From assembly GCF_009914755.1 (NCBI RefSeq), contig NC_060938.1: DNA of 64,000 nt; one strand, written 5' to 3'. Origin of the DNA: the human T2T-CHM13v2.0 reference genome, Homo sapiens. Both the position numbers and the translations under genes were made by a program. The notes below the pieces were generated by a model. The model did no database searches, was not told the origin of the DNA, and was given only the letters and a program-made list of their open reading frames with translations. Shown in pieces: positions 1 through 11,070 of this stretch. The number at the start of each line of letters is the position of its first letter. Position 1 is the first letter of the stretch.

Positions 1-379
1 ATAATTAATCAATTTGATCCCTTATTAATCATTGGTTTTTATAATATTCTCAATTGAATTTGGTTTATTAATTTCTATTTTATTATTCACCAAATTCAGC
101 TTTGTATTATCATTATTTCTTCTTTTTCTCTCTGTTTTTGACACCCCATCTCTTTCTTCTCCTCAACCTTTCTTCAGTGAATATGTCATTTGTTTTCAAG
201 TTCTTGATTACACCAACTTTTTGACTTAAATATTGTACATTTAGTCTTAAAAATTAGATTAAGTACTTTTAAGTAAAGATTTATCTACTTCCTCTATGAA
301 GGGGATAAAAAGATGATTTGGAAACTCTCTGAAGCAGAAAATGGAAATAAGTGTAAAACCATAATCTGATCACTACTTC

Positions 380-1230
380 TTATATTTTCCTCTTGCTTAT
401 TCTAATATACTGCTTACTCTACCTTCTAAACAGTTATCTGACCCATCTGTGTCACTCACTTCATTTGCTTAAACATACCTTCTACTGATTTACCTTTCTC
501 TTTCTCTCAGTCTATCACATTTATCTGGAAAATACTCAATTCTCTTTGAATTCAATTATTCTCTTTTTCTGCACCCTATGTGCTGAATCAAAACGGTCTC
601 ACTCTAAATTTATGACCACAGATATTAAGTAGGCCTTCAGCTGTCAGCCCTCAGGAAATCCACTTGTATTCCTTAGTCAATTTAATTAAAAACTCTCCTA
701 TTGTCTAAGAAATTATCTCACCCTTTTGCCTTTCTCCAACTCCCTTCTCCAACATCTCTTTCATTCTCCTCAATTCCCTCAAATGATCACGTTTTATGAT
801 TTGCTGAGAAATTACCATCGTCCAAAGAGAACTTAGTGTTTTTCTGACACAAACTCTGTATGACTTGGCCTCATAAATTTTTCCTTTTCTCCTCTAATGA
901 AAATGAATTATTCCCACCGTGGAGGCCAATCCACCTTGTACACTGAAACTTTTCTCCTCCACATACTCAAATTTTCGCCCCTTCCAATGTTCCTTTTTCC
1001 CTCTTTATCACCTTATTTTGTTCTTACTGCTGTGGGCAGCAGCTCTAGCCGAATAATACACTGTGCAGTAATTTTCTTAACAAACTCATGTTGTAACATC
1101 TTCTATTTTTAAATGAAAACAAAGGAAAAATAAATTTGAACAGTACATCCCCCTAGCTTTATATTATTTGTCTATATTCATTCATAATTAAACTTCCCCA
1201 AAAGTGTCTGTAATTATTGACCATTTTTCT
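380..1230 (+). mobile_element. Highly decayed L2 (LINE-2) internal remnant
   Basis: Pyrimidine-rich sequence with L2-like segments (ctctaaatttatgaccacagatattaagtaggccttc; gctgagaaattaccatcgtcc); boundaries approximate. Confidence 0.4.
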
Positions 1231-1322
1231 AGTCTCTTACTTTTTATATTAAAAAAGGAAAGTAATCAAAAACATAAATTAAGTGGTTAAATTCTACTAA
1301 ATCTTAAACTGAAAACATCTAC

Positions 1323-1616
1323 TTTTTTTTTTTTTTGATGGAGTCTTGCTCTGTTGCCAGTCTGTAGTGCAGTGGCACGATCTCGGCTCACTGCAACCTC
1401 CACCTCCAGGGTTCAAGTGATCCCTTGCCTCAGCTTCCCGTGTAGCTGGGACTACAGGCACAGGCCACCACACCCAGCTGATTTTTTGTATTTTTAATAG
1501 CGATGGGGTTTCACCATGTTGGCCAGGATGGTCTCGATCTCTTGACCTCATGATCCGCCCCCCGCCTTGGACTTCCAAAGTGCTGGGATTACAGGCGTGA
1601 GCCACCGCACCTGACC
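1323..1616 (-). mobile_element. Alu SINE, AluSc-like
   Basis: Poly-T at 1323, dimeric Alu reverse complement ending gagccaccgcacctgacc; aggatggtctcgatctcttgacctc is AluSc-like. Confidence 0.95.
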
Positions 1617-1812
1617 AGTTAAATTTCATTGGTATGTTTTATATTTATGCCTAAGCTCAAGAAATAATTAAAGCTGTATGGGAACAGTTGTAAAAGCAAA
1701 AATGAATCTCAGCTTTCTCTAGGTTAGTTAATACAAGTAAAATATTATTATATAAATTTGTTACAGGAAGGACTGAACATTTCACAAGGGGTATCAATGC
1801 CCTTGCTCTCTT

Positions 1813-2339
1813 TTAAAAATTGTATTTATAATAGACACATAATAATTGTATATATTTTTAGGGAACCATGTGATGTTTTAATGCATGTATATATAGTATA
1901 ATTATCAAATGAGGGTAAATACCATACCAGTCACTTTAAACATTTATGATTTCTTTGTGGTGACCACATTCAAAATTCTCTCTTCTAGCTATCTTGAAAT
2001 ATACAATACATTATTATTTACTGTAGTCAACCCACAGTGGTAATAGAACATCAAAACTTACTGTTTTTGTATAATTGTAAGATTGTACTCATTGACCAAG
2101 GTCTCCCAGAGCACCTTCCTGCCTCTCCACCCCAGCCTCTAGCAACCACTAATCTACGCTCTACTTCTATGAAATCAACTTTTAAAAATTTTCACATAAG
2201 AGTGAGATGATGCGTTATTTGTCTTCCTGCACCTGACTTATTTTTCTTAACATAATGTCCTCCAGGTTCATCTATGTTGCTGCAAATGACAGAATTTCAT
2301 TGTGTTGTATGGTTGAATAGCATTCCTCTCTCTCTCAGG

Positions 2340-2376
<37 letters not shown>

Positions 2377-2558
2377 ACATTTTCTTTATGCATTCATTAT
2401 TGGATGGGCTTTCAGGTTGATTATATACCTTGGCTCTTGTGGATACTGCAATAAACATGGGTGCAAAGATAGCTATTTAACATACTGATATTATTTCTTT
2501 ATTTACACAGTAATAGGATTGCTGTGTCATATGGTAGTTTTATTTTTAATTTTTTGAG
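1813..2558 (-). mobile_element. L1MA-type LINE-1 3' UTR/ORF2 end (non-inverted part of a 5'-inverted insertion)
   Basis: Reverse-complement L1MA 3' end (acattcaaaattctctcttctagctatcttgaaatatacaatacattatt; cataatgtcctccaggttcatctatgttgctgcaaatgacagaatttc). Confidence 0.9.
2341..2372. repeat. (TG)n microsatellite
   Basis: About 16 TG units inside the L1. Confidence 0.95.
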
Positions 2559-3181
2559 AAAAAGGGGAAACACTTCATGAAATTGAACTGGTCAAAGATT
2601 TTTTGATTAAGACCTTAAAAGCACAGACAACAAAAGCAAAAATAGACAAGTGGGATTATATCAAACCAAAAGGTGTCTGCACAGGGAAAGGAACAATCAA
2701 TAATGTGAAGAGACAAGCCCACAGAATGGGAGAATGTATTTGCAAACTATGCAACTGACAAGGTGTTAAAAACCGGAATATAGAAGTAACTCAAAAAATT
2801 TTATCTCAAAAAAAAATCTGTCTAAAAATGGCAAAAGATATGAATAGACAGTTCTCTAAAGAAGACATACAAACGACCAACAGATATATATATATAATAT
2901 CTATATATTATATATATTATATATATAATATATATATTATATATATATTATATATATTATATATAATATATATATAATATATATATTATATATATAATAT
3001 ATATAATATATAGATATTATATATTATATATATAATATATATAATATATATTATATATATATAATATATATAATATATATATATTATATATATATAATAT
3101 ATATTATATATTATATATATATATAAAAGAGCAACATCACTAGTCATCAGGAAAATGCAAATCAAAACTACTAGGTATTAT
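2559..3181 (+). mobile_element. L1 ORF2 fragment, inverted 5' part of the same L1MA insertion
   Basis: aaagcacagacaacaaaagcaaaaatagacaagtgggattatatcaaacc ... catcactagtcatcaggaaaatgcaaatcaaaact on + strand; TSD cttgctctctt at 1802-1812 and 3182-3192. Confidence 0.9.
2884..3125. repeat. AT-only (TA)n/(TATAA)n low-complexity tract
   Basis: About 240 bp almost entirely A/T, alternating TA. Confidence 0.95.
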
Positions 3182-3600
3182 CTTGCTCTCTTAGTTTGTT
3201 CTTGCACTCGTGATAAATATTGATCAAATCCTCATAAAACATATCCTGAAATGTCTTTTTACGTTTCTTCATTTGATATTGCTGATTAATGTAGTAAATT
3301 AATCAGAATTATTAAAACATCATTAGCAGTTGGTTTCTGATTTTTTTCTTATATTAGCTTGAAAGCTCAGCTATAAGCTTTCAGCTAAAAATTACATCTT
3401 CTACAAAAGGAACACTCTCAGAGGGACTGCACCACATATTTTTAACTATTGATAGTTCAAGAAGAAGGTTCTTGGGTCAAAACCTTGGAGTTTAGAGCAC
3501 CACTACTTAGATAACTCTCAGACTGTACCACAGTACTGACTCAGGATTTCCAGGATTCTTTATGAATAACTTCATGAATTTGGATTTCAAGTAGCACTAA

Positions 3601-3727
3601 CCCATTTATGCCTGAGGTTGCAATTTTTTGAATTTTTGTAATCAGACCTTGGCGATGACCTTGAGCAGTAGGATATAAATAACACTCACATGCTTAATGT
3701 GCCAATAATGGAACACTAGGCATAAAT
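3601..3727 (-). mobile_element. MER85 piggyBac (PGBD3-family) MITE
   Basis: TIR cccatttatgcct at 3601 preceded by ctaa (decayed TTAA); opposite TIR aggcataaat lacking the terminal ggg; internal palindrome gtgccaataatggaac at 3699-3714. Confidence 0.9.
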
Positions 3728-3844
3728 TATTACATAAGACTAAATGAAATGATAATGTAATACTACTATGCTTATTTCTTTTGTAATATTTTTGATTTGG
3801 ATTTTTTTTCTCTTTTATTGATGTTTACATTGTATTTTTTATTT

Positions 3845-3986
3845 TTTGTTTTTTTGACTTTTATTTTAGGTTCAATGGGTATATCTGCAGGTTTGTTTCA
3901 TGGGTAAGTTGAGCATTGCTGAGGTTTCATGTACAAATAATACCATCATCCAGGTAATAAAGCGTATTGCCTGATAGGTTGTTTTT
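3845..3986 (-). mobile_element. L1PA13-16/L1PB-like 3' end fragment
   Basis: T-rich tail then cttttattttaggttcaatgggtatatctgcaggtttgtttcatgggtaagttg ... catccaggtaata. Confidence 0.75.
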
Positions 3987-4665
3987 GCAATACTGTGTTG
4001 CATTTTAAACTATTCAATTTTGTACATATGGTAAGCCTTTGTTGAGTTTTCTTGACTTATCTTTAAATCTGAGTTTAATAGATTACACTTATTCAAAATG
4101 CAATGAAATATCCTTTACATGGTAAAGTATTCTCACTGATCCCTTAAAATTCTGTAACAAATACTTTAAATTCATTTCACTTTATACGTTAAAGTAAGTT
4201 TTTGCATAAGTTCATGAAGAATCTGTTCTTATATGTCTCCCCATTGATGGTTGTTGGGACAAGTCTGTACAATTTGTGTGTTTCTGTGTTTAGATGCAGC
4301 ATGTATAGGTGATTTGTGTATATTTATAAAAACAACACATATTTTTACATATATACAGATAATATGGATATATATGTTTGAATTTGAGAAAATCATTACA
4401 CACACTCGCACACACACACTCATATATATACATACACACACCTGAAACCAATTTATTTTGATGGGTTAAATAATTGTTATGCCAACTTTTAGCATTTGTA
4501 TATAACATTCACTTAAAATATTTAGAAAAGTATACTTTTGGAAAAATATACATTAAGCTAAATACTAATAACACAATTAGTATTACATTATCATTTATTT
4601 TAGTCTATGTAATTAATGCTACTTGAATCCAATTTAATGAAGTTACTCGTTAAGAATCCTGGAAA

Positions 4666-4962
4666 GACCAGGCACGGTTGCTCATGCCTATAATCTCAGC
4701 ACTTTGGGAGGTCGAGGCAGGCAGATAGCCTGAGGTCAGAAGTTCGAGACCAGCCTGACATGGTAAACCCTGTCTCTACTAAAAATATAAAATTAGCCGT
4801 GTGTGGTAGTGCATGCCTGTAATCCCAGATACTCAGGAGGCTGAGGCAGGAGAATCGCTTGAAGCAGGAGGCAGAGGTTGCAGTGAGCCCAGATCACGCC
4901 ATTGCACTCCATCCTGGGCAACGAGAGCTAAACTCCATCTCAAAAAAAAAAAAAAAAAAAAA
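4666..4962 (+). mobile_element. Alu SINE, AluSp/Sq-like, with 13-bp TSD
   Basis: Full dimeric Alu with poly-A; TSD agaatcctggaaa at 4653-4665 and 4964-4976. Confidence 0.95.
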
Positions 4963-6194
4963 TAGAATCCTGGAAATCCTGAGTCAGTACTCTGGTACAG
5001 TTTGAGAGCTATCTAAATAGTTGTACTCTAAATTGAAGGCTTTAATCCAAAAGTCTACTTCTTCTATCTATCATACATTCTTACCAATTTATCATCACCT
5101 ACAGAATTCTCTCTCTCTCTCTCTGCATGTATGTATATATAGAATTTTCTTCTTTTGCTGGAGTTACAGCCCTTGTTTCCTAGATCTCCTATCTCCTTTC
5201 ATTTGGATGGAACAAATCTTCCAGAGATACTCGAGAACAAGTGAATAGGCAATACTGTTTTCTTAAGAAATTAATCAAAACATCTATGCAAATGTTTTAG
5301 TTGCAGTTTAGTTTAATATACATCACATTCAATTATTGGTTTCTCAAATTTTAAATCACTGTTTTCTAGATATTTTGATTATAATTTCCAATGCTCCTGA
5401 TTTTTGACTGTAGAACTTCAAATAATTTTTCTGTTTAAAGACTATTATGTTCTTTGTGTTTAGTGTTCTAAAATTTCATGATCTCTGTGACTCATGGTGT
5501 GGGTCTTTTTAAATTGGAAACTAAGCATAGATTTACCATTCCTGCTTACAAACCTCCAATGAATTCTTATACCTTTTAACACTTCTTATGAAATATTATA
5601 GGCACAATTGTTTTCTTAGGAATTACCTTTTGCATTCATTATAATATAAATATCCCAAAAGCATTAGTTTGCTTTTATTTTAAACTGTGGTATCTCATAT
5701 ATCAAGCAAAAATACTGTTGTATAGTGTTTTTACATATTTTTTGAGAAAAGGAAAATAAATAATAATATACACAGTTTAATAACTTTTTATTTTCTCCCT
5801 TTAGACCTTGTTCTGGTCATAATAGTTTTTATTCTAAACAAAAGAAATAAATTTGATTTATTGAGTTAAAAATATTTCCCACTGTAATCACGTGGAACAC
5901 ATATATATTTCTGATTATTTAAAATAGCCAAATATCATTTGCAGTATGCATATGAGATATCAATTATCGCCTGATAAATTCATATAGAAAGTTTTTAAAG
6001 GCCTTTACTTTGAATGAACAATTAAACACAGGAACAATAACTGTAACCTGATATTTTTAAACAAAATCCAACATTTTGCTTAACTAAGTGCCTAGTTTTA
6101 TTTTTGTCATGGATCCTTATTTTTTTAGGATTTGATAAAAGACAGTTTATTGACCAGAGAAATGTAATCTTTAGCTTTTCAGATCTTTGAATGT

Positions 6195-6615
6195 GTCTCT
6201 GCCTTAGTTTGTGTTCCTCCTGAAACAGACTGTGAGAAAACATTCCGGAAACAAGTTGTTTATTGATGAACACTGGTAGAGGATTGGGACGATGAGAAGG
6301 ACAGAGAAGAAAGGCAACAAAAGATGTATTCCCAAGCAAATTTATACTGTTGGTACCTGGAACTTAACCCCTCTTTGGAAATCAGTGAGTCATTATAGAA
6401 TATATGCCTCAGAGTTATTTTGTATGAGGTGTGAGGTTCAGGTCTATTCCCAGGGCACCTATTTCCCAGGCATTTACAATCTGGCATGTGGGAGCAGAGT
6501 AGGTTCTCGTCAACAGAGGGCCCTCAGGCAGAGTCTCAGATGCTGAAGGCAAAGTGGGGCTGCAGCTAGAGAAATATTCTGTGCTCCGTGGATGTAGATA
6601 GGGTGCTTGCTAACA
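6195..6615 (-). mobile_element. Old ERVL-type solo LTR (LTR16/LTR33-like)
   Basis: cttagtttgtgttcctcctgaaacagactgtgagaaaacattccggaaacaagttgtttattg resembles the reverse-complemented 3' end of LTR16-group LTRs. Confidence 0.55.
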
Positions 6616-6740
6616 CAATCTCCTGAATATTATCCTCAGTTTGACATATGTATCTCAGAATACTTTTGTTCGTATGTGTTGTCTTGAAGATCAACTGAGG
6701 TCACAAAGCCTAAGAAAGTATCTTGACTGATGCTTGCATT

Positions 6741-7171
6741 TGTTAAAACAAACTAAATATGGCCTGAGAAGGACTCCATACTTTTATATTTGAGTCCTTG
6801 TGGAGGAACTGCAACCAGCTTAATAGGTAGACAAGATTGAAAACCTAATATGGGAGTATGCACCTGTAACAATAACTAAGTCTTGGCCAATCCCATTGGC
6901 CAGACTTCAACAATTCATACACCGCTGAGTGTTCAAACTCCATTCCAATAAGGCAAATGCCGAGCTGTAACCAATACAGCCATTCTGTACCTCACTTCTG
7001 ATTTCTGTATGTCATTTCACTTGTTTTGTCTATAAATCTTCCTCTACCACGTGGCTGCACTGGAGTCTCTGTGAATCTGCTGTGATTCTGCGGCCTGCCC
7101 AATGCGCCAGTGGTTCCATTACTCAGTTAAACTCCTTTAAATTTAATTCAGCTGAAGTTTTTATTTTATCA
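6741..7171 (+). mobile_element. MER57-type ERV1 solo LTR
   Basis: TG...CA termini; 5' end tgttaaaacaaactaaatatggcctgagaaggactccatac; CCAAT boxes and TATAAA at 7031. Confidence 0.85.
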
Positions 7172-8011
7172 AGTTTAAATCAGTATAAGTTGAACATTGA
7201 TGAGACACAGAGGTAAATGTCTCTCTTCCATGAATAGAAAACCGTAGATAACTCTTTTGAGCATAATCTTTTGAGCTTAATGTATGCCGATTTTCCCAAA
7301 TTCATGTAATCGGAATACAGGCACTGTGAAGTTATTTCTTAGTAGTTTATTCTATGTGTTATACTTATAAACTGCTGTACATTTTAAACTACATCATTTT
7401 TCCAAACTCTTTATTGCAGTACTTTTTAAAAAATTTTACATATTCCAGGTAATAATTGTTTTCAGAAAAGCAAATGGTAAGCTCGTCACAAGACTATTAA
7501 TGTTAACATTTATTTGAAAGATCAGATGTAAGTGCATATATTATTTTCTTGGTTTAGACGCCCCCACAGTTTCTACTAGGTCTCACTCAAAGAAATGTTT
7601 CTTTAACATTAGTGTCATTACACTGCACTGCTTTGAATACAAAGAGACAGAAAAAGAACATTTCATAGAAGCTCTGGTTCTAAAGCACCTTCAGAATTCT
7701 CCTCAGAGACCCTACTAATTTTCCCCAAATTAGTGATATGAATCCCAAGAGGGCACCTTATATGTGCTCCAAAATCTCATTTAAGGTCTTCTAGAAAGCA
7801 TTTCCATGTTCCTCCTCTGCAACACTTTAGGTTCTGTCTCTTTTCATTCACAGTTCAAAACTGGTCAGTTATTAGATTAATAACTAATGACAATTCCAGA
7901 ACTGCTGATCATGCTTTTCTATAGTCTCGTAGTACTGTTGATCGACTATGTCATGGACTCTGATGTTTATACTGTCTCCTTTTGCTGATACCATTTGTTG
8001 ACATTTTGAAT

Positions 8012-8367
8012 CTATGCTGTTCAATATAATAGTGACTAGCCAGCCACAATTGAATATTGAGCATGTGCTACTGTAACTGAAGTGCTAATCTTTAAAATTT
8101 AATTTTTAAACTAATCATTGAGTTACTGAATAATTTTTAAGTATGTTTGGAACAACTTGATTATATGAGTCTACTTTTTCAATTATACATGTTAAAAAAA
8201 TCCAAATACAGATCAAGTATTTTCAAAGAAACATTTGATTTGAGAAGTAGTTTAAGTGTAAAATACAGATCAAATTTCAAAATATTTTTCTTTTACTTTT
8301 TACTATGGCTACTAGAAAATTTAAAATTATAAGTGACACCAGCATTATGATTCTACTGGACAGTGCT
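8012..8367. mobile_element. hAT-Charlie non-autonomous DNA transposon (MER33/Charlie1-like)
   Basis: Termini atgctgttcaatata ... ttctactggacagtgct; internal ttaagtatgtttggaacaacttg and gtgtaaaatacagatcaaatttcaaaa. Confidence 0.7.
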
Positions 8368-8423
8368 CTTTTGCATTCTAAAATCTCTCACACCCTTTTT
8401 AGCTTACTTTCTTAGTAATGTTC

Positions 8424-9095
8424 TGTTGGGGAAATATAATTAAAAACAAAATCTTTTGCTAACAGAGAAAATCACTCCACAAATAAAAGAGAAGTTTGTG
8501 TTTTAATTAATTCAATAGGTATTAAATCAGCATGTGATGCACAACACAGGCAATCTGCTAAAGAATTTGCAAAAATAGAAAGACATCTCATTCGTTCATA
8601 TAGTCAAAAAATCACCTCTTCATCATATGTGTTCTCAAACGATAACTAGTACACAAGTAAGAGAAATTGATAGCAAAATTTGTCAAACATAGCTCATCCT
8701 AAATTCACCTGGTAGTTGGGATAGCCACCTATTTTTGCTAATTGTCTTTATCTAAAGGAAAAATAAATTTCTGATATTTCTGTAATGGAAGGTAGATTAC
8801 CAACTTGGAGCAAGGCACCAGCTCAAGGTAGAATCTTACCCTCCCAGGGAGGCTTGAAGATGGAGGCATTGTCTTTCTTGATGATTGCATTTCAAAGAGC
8901 TGGTTCCCAGGTCTTTGATGAAAAGATTCCTGGATTGTAAACCTGGCAGGAGGCCTACTTAGCTTTTAAATAGATTTACATACATCTCAAAGGGGCAGAG
9001 AAAGCATTTACAATTACAGGTTTTCCAAAATAAATGTTTTAAGAAAAGGAATGAAAGAAGGATATATCTTTCCTGTCTAGGAAAATTCAATATTT
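8424..9095 (-). mobile_element. ERV1 (MER4-group) solo LTR, subfamily uncertain
   Basis: Starts tgttggggaaat; motifs cacaggcaatctgctaaagaatttgcaaaaatagaaag and tagatttacatacatctcaaaggggcagag typical of MER4-group LTRs in reverse. Confidence 0.6.
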
Positions 9096-9479
9096 TTTTT
9101 TCAGATGTGCATCTACTCTTATAGTTTTTATATTCATATATGTATGATAACAGTAATATATTAGTACCCATATACTGTAAAACAATTTTAAAAATAGAAA
9201 TATGTAATAATAAATTAGAATGTTTATTCTAATAAACATTCTTCTTTTCCTTCATTCCCAACACCTCACCTAGCATAGCTAATCACTTGTTTTCCCAAAG
9301 GTTAAGAATCTATTGTATGTTTATTTTTCTCCTTTTAATATTGTAGAGAATATTTCTTCCTTTTGGTCTGCCCTCTTTTTTGGTGAGTAAACTTCGTTCA
9401 TTCCAAATTTTATTTATTTATTTATTTATTTTCAGTCAATCGGTTCCATTCTCCAGAGATAGTACAAAATTCAAGCTAT

Positions 9480-9838
9480 AGCAGAGTTATGTTTTTTGTT
9501 TGTTTGCTTGTTTCCCCAGGATTCATATGAATGCCTGGGGGAAATTATACTTCATTTTTGAGATTACAAGCTCTAAGGACAGGTTGACCTATAATTGAGG
9601 ACGTCAATTTTGTCACTTGTTGGAGAACTTACCTAAGAATGGAACCAATTGAGAGGAAACCAGAGCCGAGATGAAGAGAGAAAATGAGAGATCAGTGCTT
9701 TATAGTTTGAGACCTTGAGATGCAGCAATGCCTGGAGTCAGACTCCATTGTGTATTTCTTAGTTAAGGGTCTTAACATACTCCACTTTTTGCTTTAGCTT
9801 GTTTGGGTTGGAATTTTGTTATTTTCAAGCAAAGATTT
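9480..9838 (+). mobile_element. MLT1 (MaLR) LTR 3' part
   Basis: gatgcagcaatgcctggagtcag ... tttttgctttagcttgtttgggttggaattttgttatt, MLT1J/K-like 3' end. Confidence 0.65.
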
Positions 9839-10169
9839 TCAGATTTTATGTCTCTGTATATATGGAAAAATAAATTTCTCATATTTCTATAATAAAAGGT
9901 AGATTATTAACTTGGAGCATATTATATATATATAAAAAACCTGGAAATCTTTGCTTGAAAATAACAAAATTCCATATATATGGATCTCTATATATACATT
10001 ATATATCTATATTGATATATATATAGTATATACATAGTATATATCAATATATGTATATTGATATATATTTCCAAAATAAAAACAAAGAAAAATAACTATA
10101 TGAGTAATATAAATACATGTAAACATAATATTGAGGGAATTCTATGTTCCCTCCATAGTATAGACATAG

Positions 10170-10482
10170 ACATTCCTCCCATTAAGATATAGCGTTTACT
10201 TCCTCTCTCTCTCTTGAATCTGAGAGGGCTTTGTGGCTGCTTTAGCCAAGATAATATAGAGGAAATGAAGTTGTTGCTTGTTTCTGGGCCTATGCCTTGG
10301 TGGAGTGCGCCTTAGCTTTCCAGAGAGACAAAACTAATAGGCTATAGATAGATATACATATATCGATTCACACACACACACATCTTCCAGAAACACTCTC
10401 ACAGACATACCCAGAAATAATGCTTTACCAGCTATCCAGGTATTCTTTAATCCAGAAAAGTTGTTACCTAAATTAACTATCA
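10170..10482. mobile_element. MLT1 5' fragment (+) abutting an internally deleted MLT2 LTR (-)
   Basis: cttgaatctgagagggctttgtggctgctttagccaag (MLT1); cttccagaaacactctcacagacatacccagaaataatgctttaccagctatcc ... aattaactatcaca (MLT2 reverse). Confidence 0.65.
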
Positions 10483-10585
10483 CAGAGCTACTTTAGATCG
10501 TTGACAACAAAATTAACCCATATTTCTTTAGTCCTTGCTTTGTGCTACACATTGTATTATGGGCTCTAAAATTTTAATCTTATCC

Positions 10586-11016
10586 TGTAGCAGACAAAAC
10601 CTCTCAGACACTGAGTTAAAGAAGGAAGGGCTTTATTCGGCCAGGAGCTTCAGCAAGACTCATGTCTCCAACAACCGAGCTCCCTGAGTGAGCAATTCCT
10701 GTCCCTTTTAAGGGCTCACAACTCTAAGGGGGTCTGCGTGAGAGGGTCATGATCCATTGAGCAAGCAGGGAGTACGTGACTGGGTGCTGCGTGCACCAGT
10801 AATTAGAATGGAACAGAACAGGACAGGGATCTTCACAGTGCTTTTCTTATGCAAATAACTGATTAGATCAGGGGTCAATCTTTAACTACCAGGCCCAGGG
10901 TGTGGCGCCGGGCTGTCTGCTTGTGGATTTCATTTCTGCCTTTTAGTTTTTACTTCTTCTTTCTTTGGAGGCAGAAATTGAGCATAAGACAATATGAGGG
11001 GCGGTATTCTCCCTTA
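10586..11016 (-). mobile_element. LTR2-family 3' LTR of HERV-E/Harlequin
   Basis: Minus strand begins TAAGGGAGAATACCGCCCCTCATATTGTCTTATGCTCAATTTCTGCCTCC and ends CTACA; AATAAA at 10632-10637 (minus); polypurine tract AAAGCGGGGGAA at 11017-11028. Confidence 0.9.
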
Positions 11017-11070
11017 TTCCCCCGCTTTGAGAATCTCACTCAATAGTGGGAGTTCTCACTTTCATTCTTG

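Noticed and set aside
1297-1629. Alu-derived ORFs (also 19276-19656, 23946-24233, 45248-45614)
   Set aside because: Translations are the familiar Alu frames ([28 protein letters not shown]), not genes
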